DNA of 64,000 bases, from positions 10,485,817 to 10,549,816 of the forward strand of contig OZ199838.1 in the NCBI GenBank assembly GCA_964304625.1, read 5' to 3'. The position numbers were made by a program, and so were the translations under genes. The notes beneath the pieces are model-generated. The model saw only the letters and a list, made by a program, of their open reading frames with translations, ran no database searches and was not told the origin of the DNA. The stretch's first letter is position 1. Each line of letters begins with the position of its first letter. Source of the DNA: Kudoa neothunni. Taxonomy: Eukaryota > Animalia > Cnidaria. Of the stretch, positions 63,561 to 64,000 are shown piece by piece.

Positions 63561-64000
63561 CCAGTGAGTGAACTATCATTTCAATACCTTACTTAATTCG
63601 TTATCAAAGTGAATATCATATTTTATAACAATAATAATCGGATACATTATACTATTGAGTGAAAAATGAGACCATTAATCGGCGTTTTCGCCAAATTTTG
63701 AGCCAAAAATCGATGAATTGATCGAATATTTAGACAGATAAATAAATGCCAAATTTTTCTAATATTAAAACAGAATTTTTTTGTTTCACATTCTCCCTCC
63801 GTAAAATAATTATCTTTCTCATCTTCTAATATGAATTTAAATAATTTAGACCTCTCAAGTTATTTTGAATTAATTCTCATCAGCATATTAAAAGCAGATA
63901 GTCAATTATAAAAAGTGATAGATGCAAACACCTACGTAATATTTAAGATGTACTGAGTATTCGACCTCCTTATCAACAGTTCCCACTAACCATTAACAAC

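Noticed and set aside
1-64000. CRISPR arrays, rRNA, tRNA, snRNA or telomeric arrays
   Set aside because: No regularly spaced repeats, cloverleaf or A/B-box patterns, or recognisable rRNA/snRNA motifs seen by eye. A tRNAscan-SE/Infernal run would be needed to exclude divergent ones.

Overview
AT-rich eukaryotic, almost certainly metazoan, genomic window. It has spliceosomal GT-AG introns of mostly 40-58 nt, plus EMRE, MRTF and rhodopsin-like GPCRs. The fast-evolving proteins and tiny introns suggest a reduced or parasitic animal lineage, but the taxon cannot be fixed from this window. Compact gene islands sit among transposons: MRTF-like (8468-12414), PNO1 (15841-16621), BUD31 (22098-22590), three paralogous intronless orphan GPCRs (one disrupted), a very tight ANAPC11-EMRE/SMDT1-SKP1 cluster (41948-43378) and an orphan Cys-rich type I membrane protein (51223-52290, minus strand). 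Mobile DNA includes an intact, very young 3.9-kb Ty3/gypsy element with identical 86-bp LTRs whose single gag-pol ORF starts inside the LTR and reads through the PBS. There are also Mutator, hAT, piggyBac, Tc1/IS630, pogo, Merlin and Helitron-like elements, with a three-level nest (piggyBac > hAT > Tc1). The most notable items are the minimal LTR retrotransposon architecture and the operon-like ANAPC11-EMRE-SKP1 unit. All gene models and alignments were done by eye, and no database searches were run.
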